DNA of 63,210 nucleotides, filler included, from Vannella sp. (Eukaryota): assembly GCA_023345925.1 (NCBI GenBank). It is 8 parts of 8 records of this genome, joined end to end, with 100 filler letters (N's around TTAATTAATTAA, not from the genome) between each part and the next. Parts side by side here need not be neighbours in the genome. Positions count along the whole stretch, not along the records: positions 1 to 13,805 come from JAJQQN010000677.1; positions 13,906 to 20,087 come from JAJQQN010001291.1; positions 20,188 to 24,380 come from JAJQQN010000632.1; positions 24,481 to 29,508 come from JAJQQN010000798.1; 4 more parts are not named here. One strand, given 5' to 3'. This document shows, one piece after another, positions 12,993 to 24,820 of this stretch. The notes under the pieces are model-generated. The model had not been told where the DNA came from. It worked only from the letters and a program-made list of their open reading frames with translations, and made no database searches. How positions within the stretch are numbered: the stretch's first letter is position 1; each line of letters opens with the position of its first letter. The position numbers and the translations under genes are program-made.

Positions 12993-13537
12993 ATGGCAGA
13001 GTGCTCTCTGCGACGAGCCTCGAAGGTCGCTCTATTGCTATCAAGTTCTTACCCCGACAACGATACAAGACGGAACGTATTTCAAAGCGGAGTGATCTTC
13101 AGCCGAGGTTTTGGAGGCACTGTGGCTCTTTCAGTTCTTGGTGTCTTTGCTGATTTCTCCCGAATTGGCATCATTGTCAACGAGAGAGCCACGAACGACC
13201 TCTTGGATCTGTTAGAATCGAAAGCGAATGAAGGCGGTCATTTACCTCCATTGAAGCTGGTCGCCTGTTCCATCAAGTGTGCCGATTGGTGGAAACCCTT
13301 CATGGTAACCGCATCGCCCACCTGGATCTCAAGCCTGAAAACGTTTTGATTGATCACCATGGAAATCTACGGCTTTGTGACTTTGGACGAGCACATCAGT
13401 GGAATTCCTCTTCACGACAATGCGATGGACTCTTGAGCTCCGTCAGCACCAAAGAGTATTCCAGTCCCAAGAGATTTACGGAAACAAATATTGGTATTGC
13501 AGCATCAGATACGTTCAGTTTGAGTGCTACTTCTTGA
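12993..13537 (+). pseudogene. Degenerate protein kinase relic
   Basis: [12 protein letters not shown]...LRLCDFG is present, but the flanking kinase subdomains are in other frames or cut by stops, with no clean intron to explain this. Confidence 0.65.
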
Positions 13538-13738
13538 CGTCTGACTTCCCGTAGTGAATTCAGATTTCCTCCACAATGTCCCTCGTGAGGGAGCAATCTC
13601 AGAAGGAAATTCGTGGAAGTTCTTTCGTGGTCGCAACCTAATCCTTCACTTCGGCCTTCCATGGACCCCACAAACAGAGATATGGCCTTTAAATATGTAA
13701 AAAGTCAAAAATTTTCGCTCAAAAACGAGCCAATCGGA

Positions 13739-13805
13739 GGTTCTATAGCTTAGTGGTAAAGCGCATGCCTAGTAAGCATGAGATCCCGGGTTCGATCCCC
13801 GGTGG
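13739..13805 (+). tRNA. tRNA-Thr(AGT), 3' end cut by the contig break
   Basis: GGTTCTA acceptor 5' strand, D-arm GCTTAGTGGTAAAGC, anticodon arm CATGC-CT-AGT-AA-GCATG, T-arm CCGGG-TTCGATC-CCCGG. Confidence 0.93.
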
Positions 13806-13905
13806 NNNNNNNNNNNNNNNNNNNNNNNNNNNNNNNNNNNNNNNNNNNNTTAATTAATTAANNNNNNNNNNNNNNNNNNNNNNNNNNNNNNNNNNNNNNN
13901 NNNNN
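13806..13905. other. Artificial contig linker
   Basis: 44 N + TTAATTAATTAA (stops in six frames) + 44 N. Confidence 0.99.
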
Positions 13906-14776
13906 CGGCCTTTGGGTGTGGGCGAGCAGGACCGATCTCTCTTGGGCGAGTTCTCTTCCTCAACGAGTAGGAGGCTTGCCTCCAATCCTCAAAGTGGCTT
14001 GTGGCAACAACTTCCTGGTGGCAGAGGCCGAAGAAGGCCTCTGGGTGTTGGGCAACAACTCCTTTGGGCAACTGGGCCTCGGTCACATCAACGGGGCCCT
14101 CCAACCGACCCTTGTCCATGTTGAAACCCGTTCTGAAGGACCACTGCGAGGCCTCACTGCCCTCAAAGATGGAACGATTCTCATCGACTCGCAAGGAGGC
14201 ATCTTTTCCTGTGGGCACAACCGCTTTGGCCAACTGGGGCGCTCTTCTGGGGATAACTGGAAGCTTCAGCGAATCAGCAACATTCCTCCCATGCTTGCGA
14301 CCTCCTGCGGACTGTATCGCGCTCTCTCTCTGGATGAGGATGGCGGCGTCTGGATCTGGGGAAGTAGATATGGGAGGTTGGAGACGGGCAACACCTCGCT
14401 CTTATCAGCTCTGACCCCTTCGCTGCAAAGAATGATCGTTCTGCTTGCGAAATGGATACAATGGATGATATGGGGACCCAATGTAGATGGACGAACTGGG
14501 ACGGATAATGACCCTTCCGATCAGCCCCAACCCTTTCTGGTCCCTTCGTTGAAAGGAACGGGCGCCGTGCTTGCGGGAGGGGCCCATTCTTTAGTGTATC
14601 CTCAGGAAGGGGGCCTGATTGTCTTTGGAAGAAACGGAAACGGGCAACTCGGACTTGACCACGCAAGCGATGTATCCACTCCCACGATTTGTCCTTTCCA
14701 ACCCGCTCTCCCTTATTCCTTCACCCGCAGCAGAAAGAAGAGTGCCCGCTCCCTTTTACGCACTCCCGCATCTTGA
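13906..14776 (+). CDS. RCC1/BLIP-II repeat protein, 5' truncated, possibly degenerate
   Basis: Repeated RCC1 motifs: VACGNNF..., LGNNSFGQLGLG, CGHNRFGQLG, AGGAHSL, FGRNGNGQLGL; C-terminal KKSARS. Confidence 0.8.
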
Positions 14777-15554
14777 GGGGCTCCGCCTTTCCATTAGCTG
14801 AATGGAATGCTTTTTTTGTCGCAAATCGATGGCGAGTGGGTGAAAGGGCGCATCAAACAAATCAATCGATAGATTGCATCAACAATAGTTGAATTCAAGA
14901 GATGGGGCATATTAACCTTTGGTTGACGTATTCTGGGAAGTGACCCCAATCGTTTCAAACAAATCTGTTTGAAGCATCGGTCTGGGTGTCATTTGAATGG
15001 TAGTCTCTTCATAGAAGATAAGCTCTTCATCAGAAACATCATTGAGTCTCCTTCTACGAGATGGGCGAGGTTCCATCCGAACCAACCACTTGGAAATAGG
15101 GTCGTTTCGTCAGTTCCATTTGTCTTTTAAGTGTTGCCTGACCGTCTTGGAAGGACAGAGATCAGGCAGTTGCGTGTGGGAGAGAACAAAGAGTGTCCAC
15201 ATTTTGGGTCCTCATTTGCACTATTCACGTTCGGACCATGATCCTGATCGCGATTTTCTCTATCTTGAACCTCTCTGAAACAGGACTCAAAAGCACATAT
15301 TTATCACTACTTCACGGCTATTGGGTGACTTTCATCTCCCCATTAGGCGGATTCGGTCATGAAAAGAACGGCGGCGTTGCGAGTTCTGTGGAAGCAGTTG
15401 AAGGACTCCAGGATCACAGTGTAACGGCTCACTCCTCTTTCCCAGCTCATCAAAGAAATGAGATATTAAATACACTTGTCTAATTTCTTGTTCCATTCAA
15501 GAGTCCTGGAAAATTGGAAAGTTTGGGAAAGGCGTTTATGATGGACTGAAAGAC

Positions 15555-18500
15555 TCAAAGGGATGGTGCAGCTTGTTGGAGCTTCTTGAGGCCCAGCATG
15601 ATCTTGGCCGACAATTCAGTGTACTTGTGCTTTGTGAGCCACTGATGCTGTTCTGTGACCGCTGCATGGTCTCCTGAAGAGAGACGTACGAGAAGGTTAA
15701 GGAATAGGAAGAGCAGAAGGAGAGGAGAGAGAGAAATAGAGAAAGGGAAGGAGAGGATATCTTTCACAAAGGCCTCCAAGGAAGCCAATGTCTCTGGGGA
15801 AAGTTCCCTTCCACGGAGTTTGGTGCGCAAAAGATTGATTCTGTCCTGGTCGCATCCCTGCAGAAGTTTGCAGACAGCAGGGTTCTACACCTAGAATGAG
15901 TGCACGGAAAGGTTCACAAATAACGTACGGCTTGGTGTTGAGTCAATAGGCCGCTGATGACCTGCTCCAGGTTATCAGCAATCTCAGTGCGACCGGCAGA
16001 CTTGGTGGGAGTCTCTGCTGGTGCATCGAGTACTGCTGCAGGGAGAGATTCCACAGGGGGAGTATCAATAGCTGGTGCAGCGTATGGATTGAAGACGCCA
16101 GCAACAGAACGAGGCGCTGTGTTGCTGTATACAGGTGTGGGAGGAGCAAACGTATTCACAGGAGCTGGCTGGAATGGAGTCACAATTGGAGCCGGTGGGA
16201 AGGGAGTCGGCTGGGATGGAGTCGCAATTGGGGCTGGGTGGAAGGGAGTCGGCTGGTATGGAGTTGCCATTGAAACTGGTGTGAATGTAGTCGGAATGGG
16301 AGCCGGCTGGAATGTGGCCGCTATTGGAGCAGCTGCACGAGGTCCTGTTCCAAATTGTCCAGAAGGAGGAGTTTGAACAGGAAGGGGAGTCACTGGACCC
16401 CAGTCTGCAGTTGGTACAGCGGACCGGATTGCAGGAGGTCTTTGGGTTGAGGAGGGTGTTGCTGCGACACTTTTTGTTGGAACAGCTGCCTGATTGAGTG
16501 AGGCCTGGACAGGGGCAGAAGAAGGTTCCACCGCTGCCTGAATTCTTGCTAAAAGGTCAGCCGCTTTACTGTCCCCTGAAGGAAGGTTGGAAACGAAGCT
16601 ACGAGCTTCCTCCAGCTTCCCTTGCGAGGCAAGAAGCTCAGCATATTCACAGTAACGGCCAGCCATCGCCGAACTGATACTGTTGCTCTGAGTGATCTTC
16701 CGGAAGATCACAATTCGCTCCATAACGCTTTGAATGCGTTCCAGTCTGCCCTTTTCACTGAAGGTTTGGTCCCACAGCAACACAGCGTTGTCCAAATCCT
16801 TTGCACAAATAAAGCAAAGGTTGGCAGCACTCAGGTTTCCAGTGTGGCGCAGAAGGATTCCCAGGTCGCTACATAAGCTGGCAAACTCGCTGTCATCTTC
16901 AGCATACGAGCAAATGATGGCCAAAGTGCACTTCCATTCATCGACATCCGCGTGAGCCACTATTTCCTTCAGTTTGTTGCTGGAGAGCTTCTGCATCAAA
17001 TGGAGCACAGAATTCTTGGGTAGCAAGCTATAGTAGCGTGCCTGGGTCTGTTCAAACAGACTAGCATCATTACTACTCATGGCAATGACAAGAGCATCTG
17101 CCAACCGATTGAGCTTGAAGCAGCAGTCGACCGCCTCCGCAAAGTTCTTCAGCATCAGATTGCGGACAAGGATCTGCTCGTTCTCTGGAGCTTCCTTCAG
17201 GAAGTTCAAAGTAAACCCAGCTCGTGAAGCCATCTCCACAATACCAGTGCTCAAGGAGGTCACCTCATTCGTCTCTGGAGCTGCCAGGTCCTCCTTGCCC
17301 ATCTGGCCCCAAGGGTCATCCGCATGAGCGAACTCATCCTGTGCAAAGGGGTCATCCTGATGGGACTGGATGGAACCGAAGGGGTCATCGCTTCCCATGG
17401 CGCCAAAGTCATCCTGCTGCCCGAAGAGGTTCGAAACGTCGTCTTCCCGCTTAGTCTCCTCCACAGCCTCTTGGTCCTCCTCCTTCTGCTCGCTCTCTGG
17501 AGGTGGCAATACCGAAGATCGCGCGTCTTCATGGCCAAGCTGCTCAATCGCATGGCGAGCTTCTCCTCTGTTGAAGCCGATCTGCTCCAGGATGGCAGAA
17601 CGAGTGTCCTCAGCGAACTGGGCGCTTAAGAAGCCCCACATCTCCTTCTCGTCCTGTGTGGAAGCTTGATCCACGCGGGAGGCGCAGTACTCCACCTGCT
17701 CAGGCTTCTCCATGTCTGCTACAGCTTTGAGTTGGTCAGCTGCCTCTACGACCTCAGGGTGGGAGACGATGGTGCTGAAGGAGAGCGAAGCTCCCTCCAA
17801 GGAGACCAGTTTGCCGCCAAAGCCAAAGCTAGCACCAGCAGGGCGGCCAATCCATGAAGGAGGCTTGGTTCTATCGTAAGAGCCATTGCTTAGGCACTTG
17901 CCAGCCACGTCAGGAAGGGTGTAGATGCCCACTTCGCCTTGGAAGGAGGCCACCGAGAAGGTAGCGGACAGGTGAGGGCTCCATTGGATAGAAGAGTTCC
18001 ACTCTGAACGTAAAGGAACCTCGTGGACCATAGCAAACTCGTCCATGTCCCAGCAGATGGCGCGGTTCTCTTTTCCAGTTGAAAGGAGGTATTTGCTGTC
18101 TTCTTGGCACCACGAGGTGGACCAGACACCTTGAGTGTGTCCCTCAAGAGTGGCTACAGGCATCTGAGTGTTGCGTAGGTTCCACACTTGCACGATGGGA
18201 GAGTTATCGTCCTCCGACGCGGTGACGAGCTGCATTGAGTTCTTGGGGTTCCAGGAGATGCTCTTGCAGTTCTTCAGCTTCCCACTACGGTCAGTGAACT
18301 GGACAGCCGGCCGTTTGTTACGGAGATCCCACACGACGATGCGAGCGCCTTGGGAGACTGTTGCCAAGATGTACGGGACCACACCGTTCCATTGGAGGTC
18401 TGTAATAGGTTCTGCACTCTCTGTTGCACCTTTACCCGGCGCGTAAGCGACAGGGGCCTCTGGGTTCGCCAAGTTCCAGATGAAAACCTACAAAACCACT

Positions 18501-19025
18501 TGTAAGGCCTCTAGTACTCCCTATAAGAGATAAACAAGCTTACCTCAGAGTTGTCAGCTCCAGAGGCCATGATTTGAGGCTGCAAGGCGTTGAACTGGAC
18601 GCAGGAGACGGGGGAGTTGTGCTTGTTCGAAGAAGCCAGCAACCCGTTAGCATAAGCGCTCCTTCTTGATAGTGAGGTTGTGGTGGATGGATAGAGGAAA
18701 GAGACACGTACTTCTGGCCCATCACCGTGGCAGCGTCGAGGAAGTTGATGGTTCCGTCAGGGAGTCCGGCGGCGAGGATGCCTGCAGCTCCTCCAGTGCC
18801 CCAGGCGAGACTGTGGACACGATCAGGAAGCTCCACCTTCTTCTTCGGAGGCAGTGAAGCAGTATCAGACGCAGCATTGACAGAGAAAGTCTCCAAAAAC
18901 GCCGTGGCATCAAAGTCCGAGTCTGTTGATCCCGCCGCACTCGCCGCTGCAAAGACGCTTCCATTCTCTGGAAGAGGGCACCACGCAGTACGTGCACTCC
19001 GAGCAGTTCCCGCCAGATAGCTCAT
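15555..19025 (-). CDS. SEC31: COPII coat subunit Sec31 (multi-exon)
   Basis: N-terminal WD40 repeats (TAWCP, QLVTASEDDNSPIVQVWNLRN), PPSWIGRPAGASFGFGGKLV, helical ACE1 region, Pro-rich region and a C-terminal helical domain. Confidence 0.95.
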
Positions 19026-19453
19026 CGCTTGCTTGTGCGCGGATCAAAAGGAGACTGAGCAGTTGGCGAGGCTGCCACGTGGCAGCTCCCCCTTCATTCT
19101 CCTTCCCTTCTCTCCTGCGTCTTACGCTTCTAGGACAGAGTTCAACACTATTTTGCCCCCCAATGGCCCTTCCCAGAGGGCTATGGAGGAGGGAGTGGGG
19201 CTTTGAGGGTTGTTTCTTGTTGATGGACCGTACGGAGGGTTTGGGGATGGTTTGTGGGTAGTTGGGAACTATCCGTACTCTTGGTGAGTCAAGCAGAGGC
19301 TCAAAGTGGGCGGGAAGAGCTGCTGTAGCGGTGAAAGTCCCTGCGCCGCTGATGACCTCGTTCTACGGAGGGCCTACTGGAGTCATTGGCACTAAGAACA
19401 TGTTTACTTGAACAACGAAGATGAGGGAAGAGGGGCGAGCGCAATGGGGATGC

Positions 19454-19747
19454 TCATTGAGGGTGCGTTTGGGGCGGAGGTTGCAGTCTTCTGCCTTCCA
19501 CGAACCAATGGGACTCTCTGGGGCCTTGAGGGAGAGGTTCTCTTGGTAGAGCATGAGGAGATCTCGCTTCGCAGCCGTAATGGGCGATTATGTTCATGCC
19601 CATGGTGGTGAGCGGTCCCGACGCAAAACACTTCACGCATGTGTAGTATTGCCTGCCTTGGGGCTCCACGTCACCCACAAAGAAGGTCCTGTACTTGTGA
19701 GTCAGCACCTGGCCATCAACTTCCACCAACTCTCGTGTATCTGCCAT
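19454..19747 (-). CDS. Small hypothetical protein with CxxC...HxxC motif; exon structure uncertain
   Basis: ATG-initiated 97-aa ORF with YYTCVKC...AHYGC, downstream of CCAAT-like sequences; no recognised family. Confidence 0.35.
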   Translation of the reverse strand: MADTRELVEVDGQVLTHKYRTFFVGDVEPQGRQYYTCVKCFASGPLTTMGMNIIAHYGCEARSPHALPREPLPQGPRESHWFVEGRRLQPPPQTHPQ

Positions 19748-20087
19748 AAAGACGGGAGAATGATGACGCCAAGTCCCGCCAATGATTGACTCTTATCTTA
19801 TTGGCTAGACTTTCTGATGGAAGGTATTCAGATGAGGGACTTCAAAGCACTGTGTTTCTCGCAACCACTTGCAGCGCCTCTTGATCTCCTTCAGGGGACT
19901 CAAAGGTTCGTTTATTGTCCAAGTGTGGCTTGGAACGTCCCTCACTGGTTACAATTAAGGCAAGAAGCGGCAGTGTAGTTGCCGATGGGCTCGTTTCCGG
20001 CGACGAAGGGGCAGGAGAGCGGCATCTTCTGACAGAGAGTGTTCTCATATTGGATGTACTCATCGTAGTACTTGCAGCAAGTGAACG

Positions 20088-20187
20088 NNNNNNNNNNNNN
20101 NNNNNNNNNNNNNNNNNNNNNNNNNNNNNNNTTAATTAATTAANNNNNNNNNNNNNNNNNNNNNNNNNNNNNNNNNNNNNNNNNNNN
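20088..20187. other. Artificial contig linker
   Basis: N44-TTAATTAATTAA-N44. Confidence 0.99.
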
Positions 20188-20494
20188 ACCCCTCGCAAGT
20201 AAACCAGTCCCACCACCCACAAACACTTTCCTGCCCAAAGGATCGAAGAGGGGAGATCTTATCCAACATTCAACCATCAAAAATAGAGTAAATAATAAAG
20301 GAATTGAAGTTGGGCATTTTTAAACCATTTGACCCAAAAAGGAGATTGGAGGGGCCGTTGGTCCCATTGACCAATTTGAGGGCCCATGCTGGTTCATTCT
20401 TCTGCGGGTGTCCGTGGCCACGGTGCTTCTTGTGGATACTCCTATTTCGCCGAGAGAGGTGGTTGCTTGGACGGGGACGGGTTGTCACAGCTTG

Positions 20495-23050
20495 ATGAGC
20501 GAGAAGGAGAGCATTTGGGAGGAGATCCCGCAGGGCGAGACTTCACCGCCTGACTCGCAACTTGCGCGCCTCTCGCATGATGAGGAGGATCTTCCATCTC
20601 TCGAAAAGATGGAGCAGAGAGCAACACAAACACCGAATGAACTGCCAACAAAGGCTTTAAGGAAGCCAGAAACCAACGGTCTCACCACGGCAGCCACAGC
20701 CACCGGGCCTCCAAAGAGGCTTCTAAACAAGGGAAACGGTGCTGAAGCAGGTCCTACTCGTGCTAAAAGACTGTCTGCGAAAGCAAACCGCCGCTCTATT
20801 GCGGAGGGAACCTCCTTCAAGGGAAAGGACTCCTCACCTACCTTGAATGGGACGACAGCAGGAGCTTCCTCGCAGACTGGAACACCTAAAATGAGGAGGC
20901 GTTCTCATTCTAGTTCTCAACCAGGAGACCATACGGATACCGTTACTCCACTCAACGTGGCAGTGAAGATGAGCCTTCAATCGACCCCTTCTATCACTCC
21001 TTCACACGTGCTGATAGCTAACCGCCCTGGTAGTGGAGCATACGATCCCATCCAAGTAATTCAACGTCTAAACCAGAAGCTAGTCCTTGCAGAGCGCCGT
21101 AATGCTACTCATCAAGTGGAGGAGATCAACAACTTGATCGTAGAAGAGCGCCGTGAGCTGCTCCGGATCTTCAAACAGCTCAAAGCACAAGAACAGAAGC
21201 ACACAGACCTTTGTAAGAAGGATAGTAGCATCGTAGAGGTCATCAACCGCGCCAAAGTAGCAGAACTTCAAAATCACATCCCCAAACAACTGCTAGAACG
21301 TATTGAGTCTGAGATCTTCCTTGCTACAGTCTCAGGGCCCAACTTTGACGAGTCTGTTCGCTCCTACAAGGACTATATAAGCGCCATCTCGATCTCAACG
21401 TATCCCTCTCTTGGTTCTGGACGAGCTGGTGACCCCATTTGCGACTTCTACTACGCCAGACTCTTTGAACAAGGCACTGTCTTTGCCCTGGCTGATGGCT
21501 GTAACTGGGGAGAAGCACCCAAGCAAGCGGCGCAGCGAGCAGCCACATGCTTTGTCAAATACTTGCAGGATCGACTCTATCGACTTACCAACACACGCAA
21601 GGTGACCAAAGAGATCCTTGGCGCCTTTGCAGCGGCCCACGAAGCTATCATGGAGGGAAAGGGCAAGTCTGAGTTCTTCCGCATTGGCACTGCGACGCTG
21701 ATAGGCGGTGCCCTGCTCCCTCTTCAACGTAACCCATCTACAGAGAGTAGCTCTTCTCGTAAGCGTACCAACCCTCGGGAACCGCAGCTGGACGGGCACA
21801 TTCTGGCGGGAAAGGAGGTCAAGGACAGAGACAACCTTCGTGCAGCCTCTGATCCCACCCGCCGCGTGCGAGAACCTGATATCAAAGTGGAGGTCAAGGC
21901 AGTCGCTGGAACCCCAGAACCTAAGGCCCTCTCTCGCTTGGTAGTCCAACCAGTGAAGGCAGAGAGGAACCGATCCAAGAGGAAACGGTCTCAAGCAAAG
22001 CATTCTCCTCGTAGGAACGAGCTGAGTACTTGTGTCTCCATGCCTTCGATGCCAGATCGATCCCCACGTCCTTTAGATCAGCGTACAATCTCTTACGACC
22101 CCTCAGAGTTCCCCATGCTGATGCCTGAAGAGAGCCTCACCAACCCTGGCAACACTGAGGACACTGTCTCAAGCGAAACAGCAAAGGTAGCCCCTGCACC
22201 ATCGAAGGGGCGCTTTGCGATGCCTCCAAAGCCCCAAAAGAACGCAAAAGAGGGTGCTGGACACAAGACCTTTGCGAACCTTCGTACAGCAATGAGTAAC
22301 GCTGAAAGGCACCGAAGCATCACGCACTATGGCATGTATAACAGCAGTGACAGCGTTCCAAACAGAGACCCCGTCGTCCTTAATGGACAAATAGACGAGA
22401 AACGGGATTGGGCCTTCGTGTTCGGTAGTGTAGGAGACTGCAAAGTCTTCCTTTACAACCCCTCAAGTACAGCAGTGACAGATATTACCAGTAGCAACCG
22501 AACAGACTCGGAAAGCGCGGCAGACTGCGGCGGACGACTTGGTCCTTGCGACCGCGATGGGAAGCCAGACCTTCGCAATCTCTTTGTGGGGAGCGCCACG
22601 GTCCGTCGTAACGACTTGATTCTTATTGTATCAGATGGTGTTCATGACAACTTGGATCCTGAGCTCCTTGGCAAGCACCCCCGCGATATTGATGATGAGA
22701 TAGAAGAAGGAGTGACCTGGGATGAGATAGATCCCTCCATCTCGGCCACTATGAAGACCCACTTCAGGGAGCTTCATCTGGCGGAGCTAATCAATGCTAC
22801 AGACCGAACCCCCCACGCTATTTGCGTCTCCTTGACCGACTACTCGCGCCAAGTCACTCAAGGAAGTCGCTCTTTCATGGAGTCCAACCCCACAGCAGAG
22901 TTGCCATCTGACTATACGCTCTATCCGGGCAAAATGGACCACACTTCTTGCATGTGCATTCGCGTGGGCACTCGCAACAATCACTCTGATATGAAGCTGG
23001 TTCGGGATGCCTTTGTGAGGAAGGACAATATGTCTATTACTCATGGTTAG
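20495..23050 (+). CDS. PP2C/PPM-like phosphatase-domain protein (CG9801-like) with long disordered insert
   Basis: Motifs GDPICD, LADGCNWG, TATL, SVGDCK, SDGVHDNLDP, GKMDH. A low-complexity insert of over 200 aa lies between TATL and SVGDCK. First in-frame ATG is at 20495. Confidence 0.8.
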   Translation: MSEKESIWEEIPQGETSPPDSQLARLSHDEEDLPSLEKMEQRATQTPNELPTKALRKPETNGLTTAATATGPPKRLLNKGNGAEAGPTRAKRLSAKANRRSIAEGTSFKGKDSSPTLNGTTAGASSQTGTPKMRRRSHSSSQPGDHTDTVTPLNVAVKMSLQSTPSITPSHVLIANRPGSGAYDPIQVIQRLNQKLVLAERRNATHQVEEINNLIVEERRELLRIFKQLKAQEQKHTDLCKKDSSIVEVINRAKVAELQNHIPKQLLERIESEIFLATVSGPNFDESVRSYKDYISAISISTYPSLGSGRAGDPICDFYYARLFEQGTVFALADGCNWGEAPKQAAQRAATCFVKYLQDRLYRLTNTRKVTKEILGAFAAAHEAIMEGKGKSEFFRIGTATLIGGALLPLQRNPSTESSSSRKRTNPREPQLDGHILAGKEVKDRDNLRAASDPTRRVREPDIKVEVKAVAGTPEPKALSRLVVQPVKAERNRSKRKRSQAKHSPRRNELSTCVSMPSMPDRSPRPLDQRTISYDPSEFPMLMPEESLTNPGNTEDTVSSETAKVAPAPSKGRFAMPPKPQKNAKEGAGHKTFANLRTAMSNAERHRSITHYGMYNSSDSVPNRDPVVLNGQIDEKRDWAFVFGSVGDCKVFLYNPSSTAVTDITSSNRTDSESAADCGGRLGPCDRDGKPDLRNLFVGSATVRRNDLILIVSDGVHDNLDPELLGKHPRDIDDEIEEGVTWDEIDPSISATMKTHFRELHLAELINATDRTPHAICVSLTDYSRQVTQGSRSFMESNPTAELPSDYTLYPGKMDHTSCMCIRVGTRNNHSDMKLVRDAFVRKDNMSITHG

Positions 23051-23120
23051 CCATTCTCTGCCCCTGAAGGAGCCCCATTCCTGTACTCTACACCCCTCCA
23101 TGTACTTATGTTCTGCTTAA

Positions 23121-23155
23121 ACTCATTCTCACTCTCATTCTCACTCTCACTCTCT
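23121..23155. repeat. CT-rich hexamer microsatellite (ACTCTC/ATTCTC)
   Basis: actcattctcactctcattctcactctcactctct lies between two convergent stop codons. Confidence 0.7.
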
Positions 23156-24308
23156 TTATTGTGTCTGGGTAGGAAGTAGACGAAGAGGAGACCAATCAGT
23201 GTCTGCTAGGAGGTTGAAGGAAGCCCAGGAAATGCAATAATGTTGATTGATGAGGATCCATTCCTCCAGCTCGTCGAGCATCTGGAGACGTTCAATTCGC
23301 TTGCGATCTTCCTGAGTGATGTATCTCTGGTAGAGAACATTCATGTTGTAGCTCTCAGCTTCACCCCAGCCCGCTTCCAAGAATCTCTGGCGCTGTGCCT
23401 CTTCATCAGGGAAGGCTTCCAAGCCCAACAGGGCGCATCCCCGCATCTGAGTCATAAAGGTGAGGCTAGAGGTAAAGTTTCATCAACTAACCTTCAAATT
23501 GGCGACCATTTCACGGCCAAAGGGGTCGTTTGGACGAATCTGTTCGTACCAACAGAAGAATGCAGTCTTCAAACTCTCTCTAATCCAAGATATAATGGCC
23601 TGACTATGTTGAGGTTCCATATAGATCATTACACACTCGCTTAAGAAGAGAGTGGGGACTCTGCGATGACGAAACTGGTCAAGAATGCGCATTTTGGTGA
23701 CCTTCTACTCACTGAACATCCAATCCACTCTGAATGAGCTGCTGCTGAAGGTGCTGGATGTCTCTTAAGTCCGTAGGGAGGACGTGATAGTGAGGGGAAT
23801 GGAGAGTTCCCTTCTCTGCGTCGATGGTAGCCTCCGGACCAAGCTGCTGCAAGAGCTCCGGGTGACAGGCAATGGCTTTCACCTTGTGTTGGAACACAGG
23901 AAGAAAGTCTACTTCGTAGTAGTTAACCTGGCCATTGGACCACCCTTCCCTTTGCATGTGGAAGAAAAGAGAGTCAAAGCCCGCTCCCAAGTTGACAATC
24001 TGTCTCTTCTGAGACCCTGAAGCGAGCTGATGATCAAGGAAGCGCTTTGTCATGTCCCTCATGATCTGATTGCGCGCATAATAGCCGCGTAGCATCATCG
24101 GGTCGCGCGATGGGATCGCAATGCCTTCCAACAATAGCGGCAGCGCTGCATCCTCGTAGTACCCCTTCCGCACAGCCATCCTACCCTCTAGTCAACCACC
24201 ACCCACCTCCCAACTCCTCTCCTACAGCTTAGAAGTCGCCGCATCATGATTAGTAGACTGAACAACTCCATCATCTGAATTAGGCCGCTGCCGGCCCTCC
24301 CAGCTCAT
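23156..24308 (-). CDS. LCMT1: Leucine carboxyl methyltransferase 1 (PP2A methyltransferase)
   Basis: VQSTNHDAATSK, RGYYAR, QIVNLGAGFDS, PTLFLSECVMIYM, YEQIRPNDPFG, LDELEEW. Predicted introns 24181-24225, 23661-23712 and 23447-23491 restore one frame. Confidence 0.95.
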
Positions 24309-24380
24309 CAAAAAATGCCTTTATAAATGAGCCCATCATTTTACGTTCCTAAGTACCTCCATGTCCGCATTTGAGCCAAA

Positions 24381-24480
24381 NNNNNNNNNNNNNNNNNNNN
24401 NNNNNNNNNNNNNNNNNNNNNNNNTTAATTAATTAANNNNNNNNNNNNNNNNNNNNNNNNNNNNNNNNNNNNNNNNNNNN
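24381..24480. other. Artificial contig linker
   Basis: N44-TTAATTAATTAA-N44. Confidence 0.99.
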
Positions 24481-24820
24481 TCGACCGGGACCATTACAAA
24501 TGAACTTTTTAGGTGTTTTAAGAGAGGCACTTTTCCACTCTATGAAGTCCAAGGAGATAGACCGAAAGCGAAACGACTCGTTGATCCATTGTGCAGTCAC
24601 CCCAAGGAGAGAGGCGGACTGGCTCTCTTCCCTTCTGATGATGAGTAGCACTGGAAGAAGTGGGAATCTTCCCTCTTTCTGGCCATCACAAGTTAACCAT
24701 CTTTCTCAATGTTACATAAAATCACATAAAAATCACTTTTGATGGAGTCCCGGGACTTCAGTCGATTTTGAGAGAACACCACATTGCTTCCCAATCATCA
24801 TTTTCTGGGAGCCTTGGGCG

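Noticed and set aside
13806..13905. TTAATTAATTAA flanked by Ns, seven times, as a biological repeat
   Set aside because: It is an identical 100-nt assembly linker. Gene adjacency across it has no meaning.
14900..15500. Short ORFs between the RCC1 gene and Sec31
   Set aside because: No motifs and no consistent exon chain that I can support.
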